This document shows positions 58,548-64,000 of a stretch of DNA of 64,000 nt, one piece after another (within the stretch, counting starts at the first letter, position 1; every line of letters starts with the position of its first letter). Source of the DNA: Rhynchopus sp. YZ270_cl-10 (taxonomy: Eukaryota); the NCBI GenBank assembly GCA_964035575.1, contig OZ037847.1, positions 1,426,001 through 1,490,000 of the forward strand, read 5' to 3'. Below the pieces are notes generated by a model. The model saw only the letters and a program-made list of their open reading frames with translations. It did not search any database and was not told the DNA's origin. A program made the translations under genes and the position numbers.

Positions 58548-59170
58548 CTGTGTATACTGTGTATACTGTGTATACTGTGTATACTGTGTATACTGTGTAT
58601 ACTGTGTATACTGTGTATACTGTGTATACTGTGTATACTGTGTATACTGTGTATACTGTGTATACTGTGTATACTGTGTATACTGTGTATACTGTGTATA
58701 CTGTGTATACTGTGTATACTGTGTATACTGTGTATACTGTGTATACTGTGTATACTGTGTATACTGTGTATACTGTGTATACTGTGTATACTGTGTATAC
58801 TGTGTATACTGTGTATACTGTGTATACTGTGTATACTGTGTATACTGTGTATACTGTGTATACTGTGTATACTGTGTATACTGTGTATACTGTGTATACT
58901 GTGTATACTGTGTATACTGTGTATACTGTGTATACTGTGTATACTGTGTATACTGTGTATACTGTGTATACTGTGTATACTGTGTATACTGTGTATACTG
59001 TGTATACTGTGTATACTGTGTATACTGTGTATACTGTGTATACTGTGTATACTGTGTATACTGTGTATACTGTGTATACTGTGTATACTGTGTATACTGT
59101 GTATACTGTGTATACTGTGTATACTGTGTATACTGTGTATACTGTGTATACTGTGTATACTGTGTATACT
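58548..59170. repeat. (CTGTGTATA)69 perfect tandem repeat
   Basis: Read directly from the sequence. Confidence 0.98.
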
Positions 59171-60954
59171 CAGTACTCAGCACCCACTAGCTCTCAGTAA
59201 GCTCTCACAGCCTGTTACGTGTCCCACGGAGACGATCATAGATCACCCAAAGGCGAATAAAAGGCGAATAAAGCGAATAAAAAAGCGAACCAAAAGCGAA
59301 TAAAGCGAATAAAGCGAATAAAAAAGCGAACCAAAAGCGAATAAAGCGAACTTTTTATTCGCTTTTTTGGAAAAGCGAATAAAGCGAATTTTTTGTTCGC
59401 TTACCATGTATGCCTAGGGGGACTATGTAGTCCACCTAGGGGGACTATAGTCCCCCTAGGTGGACTCTTTTGGTGGGTTCTTGTGGGTTGTGGGGGCTGG
59501 TGCTGACAGGTATGTACACACCAGGGGGGTGGTGAGGGTCCCAGATGGGGCCCAGGGAGGTAAAAGGTCATGTTATGCGTATCATTGCACAGTTTATACA
59601 GTGCAAACTGTTGTTTGCCATTAGATGCGATACAATGACAGAGTCTTGTTGCTTATTTCCTTTCAGTCCTCAGTTGTTAACGCCTGATGTGGTTTGCATG
59701 TTTGAAATGTATAGCTATGAGAGCAGCTGCGCACGGGAGACGTGCCGAGAGAAGGAGCCGTCGCCATACTGGATAAGGCGACGGTCTACAACCATCCAGA
59801 CCCACCCCAACTCCAGGGATGGACCCTCGGTCGCTGTCGTGATGATGGAGTCCCTCTACGGCAGCAGCCCCTCCTGGGCCTCCCCCCACCAGCACCTTCA
59901 TCATGTGCGCCAGGCAGGCACCTACATCGCCATATATACAGTCGCTCTCCGCACTCCACTCCAACATACTCAGGTCGATGCACCTGGGTGGCTACACCAC
60001 AGATGATGCGAGCGGTGTTAAAGGACGCTAGCGACCACCCCGCCTGGCAGAAGACCCCCGAGAAGACCGCACGCAAATGGCTTGCGAAAGCACATCGTGG
60101 ATACCTCCGTGACTGCAGCACGCGATTGCAAGAACACCCGCCTGCTGACGCGACTGCTCGTGGAGGTGCACCCCGACACCGACCTCCGTCGCGTATCGGG
60201 CATCGACGGCGTGCTGAGGATGAGGCCGCAGGCAGCCTCACGCGAGAGGGTGGTGTGGCTGAAGCCGGAGCACAGCCTCAAGGCTCGTGAAGCAGCATTG
60301 CTGCATCACGGGAGGGTGATGATCGCCTCACCCAAATATTTTGGGCTTGTCGTACGCCCCGTCCAGGAACGCAGCGCATGCGCCGCCAGAAGTCGCTCCT
60401 CATGCGGGCCCAAAGACCACCCAACCGCGGACTTTGTCGCCGCACTCAACAACAGCGGCCTCGCGTGCGCAACGCAGACCGTGCCGAGCACTGGGAAGAC
60501 CTGGTGCGTTAAGTTAACATCATGACATCATGTCATCAAGGGAAGCCGGTGATGGCTTGCCAGGCCCAGCCTGGTCACCGATTCAGAAGCAGGAAGAGGG
60601 CCGGCCCGGCCACACCCGACAGCGCCAAGCCTGAGGCGAAACGGCAATGCAAGCCGAAAAAAAGGGGGCAAAAGAAATAGTAGGATCGGTAGGTAAGTAA
60701 AGTTGCTTCGTTGATTGCATAAACAAAATAGCAGCAACGCGACCACTGCAGCCGAGGGACAGGAGTCGAGGGAGGAGCTGCAGAGGCAGAACCTCGACCT
60801 TCTGCGACAGCTGGTGGAACTGAAGCAGCAGATAGCGTGACGGCACAGCTCACCGTCACCACCAACCAAGACACTGCGATGACAGCAAAGACCCCTTCTC
60901 AAGAGGTCTCTGCCACCTCCACAACTGGGATACACTCCACGCTCCCTAACCCCG

Positions 60955-61950
60955 GACCCAAACCCCTCAAGTGTCTCTCCGACAACATCAACGGATTGAC
61001 ACAAGCGACACGAGCAGAAGCTGACGTGCCGTCTGCAGGACACGGCGTTTGATGCAGGGGTGCAGGTTGTGCTTGCCGCCGCTTTACCGACATCAAGTGT
61101 CCTGCTCAGTACAGTGTAACGCATACGGGAGACAACGGGTCACTGTCGCGTTGTGGAACGCTCTGCATCTATAGTAGCAGGCGTGGGCATGTTGGCGGCT
61201 TCGACACAGAAACCTACGAGCCTGTCTTCTCATTTGATTGATGCGGACAATAATGTGTACGGTGCGCCTGCCATCTCTCAGTGCAAGACACGCTGCTACC
61301 TGCCTTGTGGGGATTGCCTTCTCAAGGTTGCACTTCCGGGTGGGGAGGTGGTCCGCAAAGTCGACTGCGCTTCGTGGACCTTGTTCTCCTGTGGCAGTGT
61401 TGTTGTCTCGTATGGCAAAGACGGCGTCTCTGTGTATGACGAAGACCTGACGTTGCTCTGCTCTCTCTCGCACGAAGAGTGTGTTACTCTACTGCTCGCC
61501 CAAAAAGAGTACGACGTTGTCTGCCTTAAGGAACTCAAAGCGAGCCAGACAGGCGACATTGGCTTCGACGTATACATTATGTATGATACAAACGCATGCG
61601 TATCCAAAAGCGTGCGAAGGGGGCGACGGCATCGGGAGGCGGCATCGCGATCTACGTCCGCACCACACGCACATACAAACACATCTTCACTTCTCCAGAG
61701 AGCAGAGTGACGGAGAGACTCGCCTTCGAAGTGGAAGGTGTGCGATTCTGCAATATGCACAGGCCAAGTGCGGCAGGCCTGCACAAAAATGACACACTAC
61801 GTGCCGATGGCAACGTTTCAGAACTGCCCACACAAGGGAAGGTGGTGGTTGCGGGGACGTGAACGCGCACCACCGATCCTGGGCACACTGCACTACAAGA
61901 CGCTATGCCACTGCACAAAAAAGGGAAAGACATGACTGACCCTCGTCGTA
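60955..61950 (+). pseudogene. Decayed non-LTR retrotransposon APE endonuclease domain, frameshifted and interrupted
   Basis: In order and across frames: LKCLSDNINGL, YDVVCLKELK, GGGIAIYVR, CNMHRP, VVVA/GDVNAHHRSW. These are the canonical APE motifs of LINE ORF2. Confidence 0.85.
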
Positions 61951-63355
61951 CCGCCCGATCTCCCTTACCGGCAGTGTGTCGAAGGTGATGGAGAAACTGG
62001 TGAGGCGACGCATGCACCAATTGATGAGCCAGCCAGACTCTTCAGTGAACAACCTCCACTCAGCTTAGGACGAGCCACCCTCGTGCTCCGCCGGAAGGCA
62101 GCAAAGGTGATCACCGGTGCGACTACATGTCGCACGGTCAGGACGTGTTGTGGGAGGCACCGCAGACCACAGCGTACCACCAACGACTACGAGAAGTTTG
62201 TAGGACTGCCCGGATCGCTTGGGCATGCTGTGTTTGACAAACTAAACCAGGCATTTTCATAGTTCATGAAATGCTGGAGACATACATCTTAGGTACGTAC
62301 GTAATACGCGGCAAATAGGTAGCAAAAATAATAAAATACATAGTGAACTGAGGACTGAAAGGAAATAAGCAACAAGACTGTATCGCATCTAATAGCAAAC
62401 AACAGTTTGCACTGTATAAACTGTGCAATGATACGCATAACATGACCTTTTACCTCCCTGGGCCCCATCTGGGACCCTCACCACCCCCCTGGTGTGTACA
62501 TACCTGTCAGCACCAGCCCCCACAACCCACAAGAACCCACCAAAAGAGTCCACCTAGGGGGACTATAGTCCCCCTAGGTGGACTACATAGTCCCCCTAGG
62601 GGGACTCTATAGTCCCCCTAGGGGGACTATGGAGTCCCCCTAATCCGACACCCCAAAAGAGTAACTCCCCCCCGGGTAGACTCCACCGTGTAGACAGATA
62701 GATACATTCTACTTCAGAATGACATGCGAAATTATTTTTTTAAAATATGTGAACCCCGATCATTTCAAGCCCGCCTCGTCAGCCGAGGGTGACACCACAC
62801 CCAAGAGAGCTGGACTATTGTTCATCAAAAATCAAAATCAAAAATAAATAAAAAATGGCCCCAGATCAGAGGCCGTTACGTGAGCGCGATACCCCGGACA
62901 GTGCAGACTGTTTGTGGCTGGCAGTTTTGCACTAATCCAACGATTATCAAAATAAAATAAAATCATTGGCCTTCAGGCGACTTTTGTTGTACAGAAACCC
63001 CGTCCTCGGACAGGGTGATTCCCCCCCACAAATAAATTGACAGTGGAGCTTTGTACAATGTGGCAACTACACTACAATTTTTCTAAAAAATTTTAAAAAT
63101 GAAAGCTTGGATGCCTAGTGTAGGTTTTTTTTTTTTGTTTGCAACCCTTTCTTTCCCCAAACACGCTACCCTTCCGATGGGCCAGGGTTCACTTTTTTCT
63201 TTTGCGCCCTTCCATTTCCCCCTGCCCTATCCCCCCCAGGATTTAGCGTGAACTCTACATCACAACCCCACCCACGATAGAGTCTATGAAAAGCAGTAAA
63301 AAAAATGCCTAAAAATCTCAAACCATTTCCTTCATTTTGTCATTAAAAAAAACAG

Positions 63356-64000
63356 TACCTACCCCCCCCCCGTGCATAAGTCCGACCCCCATGACCCGTG
63401 CATAAGTCCGATGACCCGTGTATAAGTCCGGGCAGATTTGGGATTAGGATCGGACTTATGCACAGGCCGACTTATACACCGCTTTTGTGTACTGGTCGTG
63501 GTGAAAAATTTTTTTGGGGCATTTTCCCGCTCGCGAAGCGAGCGGGGGGGAAAAATTGGGGCGTTTTTCCGCTCGCGAAGCGAGCGCAATTGTATTTTTA
63601 TTGGCGGTGTATTCACCAGGGATCATCTTCGCTTCTCGTGTCAACACGTCATCCTCACAATTCTCAAAGATGTGAACCTGTTACTGCAAAATTGGAAAAC
63701 TTTGCACCCCAAACACCCTCAACAGCCAAAAGGTGCCCCTTGTTGCTGGGAGTTGGTTCTCATGTTTGATACCTGCACAGCAAGCATTCCTCTGAGTCCA
63801 ACGCTGTTTGGCCTGCCTGCGGCGTTGTACCGAAGGTGCACGAAGACAGGGTAAATTTTGCGGTCCCTCATGTGGGTCACTCACACTGAGGTGACGTGCC
63901 ACTGCATGGGTCTGGGTATCTGGGTGCACAAACCGGTGTATAAGTCCGATACCCGTGCATAAGTCCGAAACCCCGTGTATAAGTCCGGAGGCCCTCAGCC
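63356..64000. mobile_element. Probable further DNA transposon, running off the window
   Basis: Clusters of CCCGTG(C/T)ATAAGTCCGA at 63369-63430 and 63933-63988, inverted copies CGGACTTATGCAC, and two GCTC-GCGAAGC-GAGC hairpins; second end not visible. Confidence 0.6.

Larger units (their letters stand above)
58075..59414. mobile_element. Element D: GGCATAC-terminal TIR element nested in the left TIR of E
   Basis: GGCATACATGGTAAGCGAAC ... GTTCGCTTACCATGTATGCC, TA on both sides; subterminal GCGAATAAA repeats; the right TIR of E preserves the empty site. Confidence 0.92.
57981..62690. mobile_element. Element E: 4.7-kb non-autonomous TIR transposon (TA TSD, Tc1/mariner/pogo-like) with ~350-bp TIRs and captured cargo
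   Basis: TA|CACGGTGGAGTCTACCCGGG ... CCCGGGTAGACTCCACCGTG|TA; left arm 57981-58074 + 59417-59675 matches right arm ~62346-62690; no transposase seen. Confidence 0.92.

Noticed and set aside
58233..59200. ORFs encoding (TQY)n, (YTV)n and (STVQY)n
   Set aside because: Stop-free translations of perfect microsatellites inside a transposon; no evidence of coding.
58044..62640. Repeated palindromes AGTCCCCCTAGGGGGACT and other short repeats as a CRISPR array
   Set aside because: No unique 25-45-nt spacers, no cas genes, eukaryotic context; they are TIR substructure.

Overview
Eukaryotic nuclear DNA, most consistent with a euglenozoan, probably a diplonemid (inferred from gene organisation, not from a database match). 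About 19 protein-coding genes all lie on the + strand, like a directional or polycistronic cluster. They carry about 25 short cis introns, mostly GTATG...CAG with AC-rich 3' ends. Recognisable products: a MAPK-like kinase, a signal-peptide-bearing bacterial-type AdoMet decarboxylase (SpeD) homolog, a MEI1/PRD1-like meiotic protein, a CCCH+PAM2+pseudokinase-like protein, a CUB-tyrosinase, PDI, a PDZ/C2 protein, cathepsin Z, axonemal dynein light chain p28 and a tRNA-splicing endonuclease subunit. Non-coding DNA holds many non-autonomous TIR transposons, most with readable target-site duplications (TSDs). These include three hAT-like MITEs, two foldback elements in a poly-G tract, and two GGCATAC-ended elements that both hit the same CCCCCTAGGGGG site. 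A 4.7-kb TA-flanked element carries a decayed LINE (APE endonuclease) fragment. At least four families of short structured repeats, seen only on the sense strand, recur in introns and intergenic DNA and are the most unexplained signal. Exon models were built by eye from splice signals and frame continuity.
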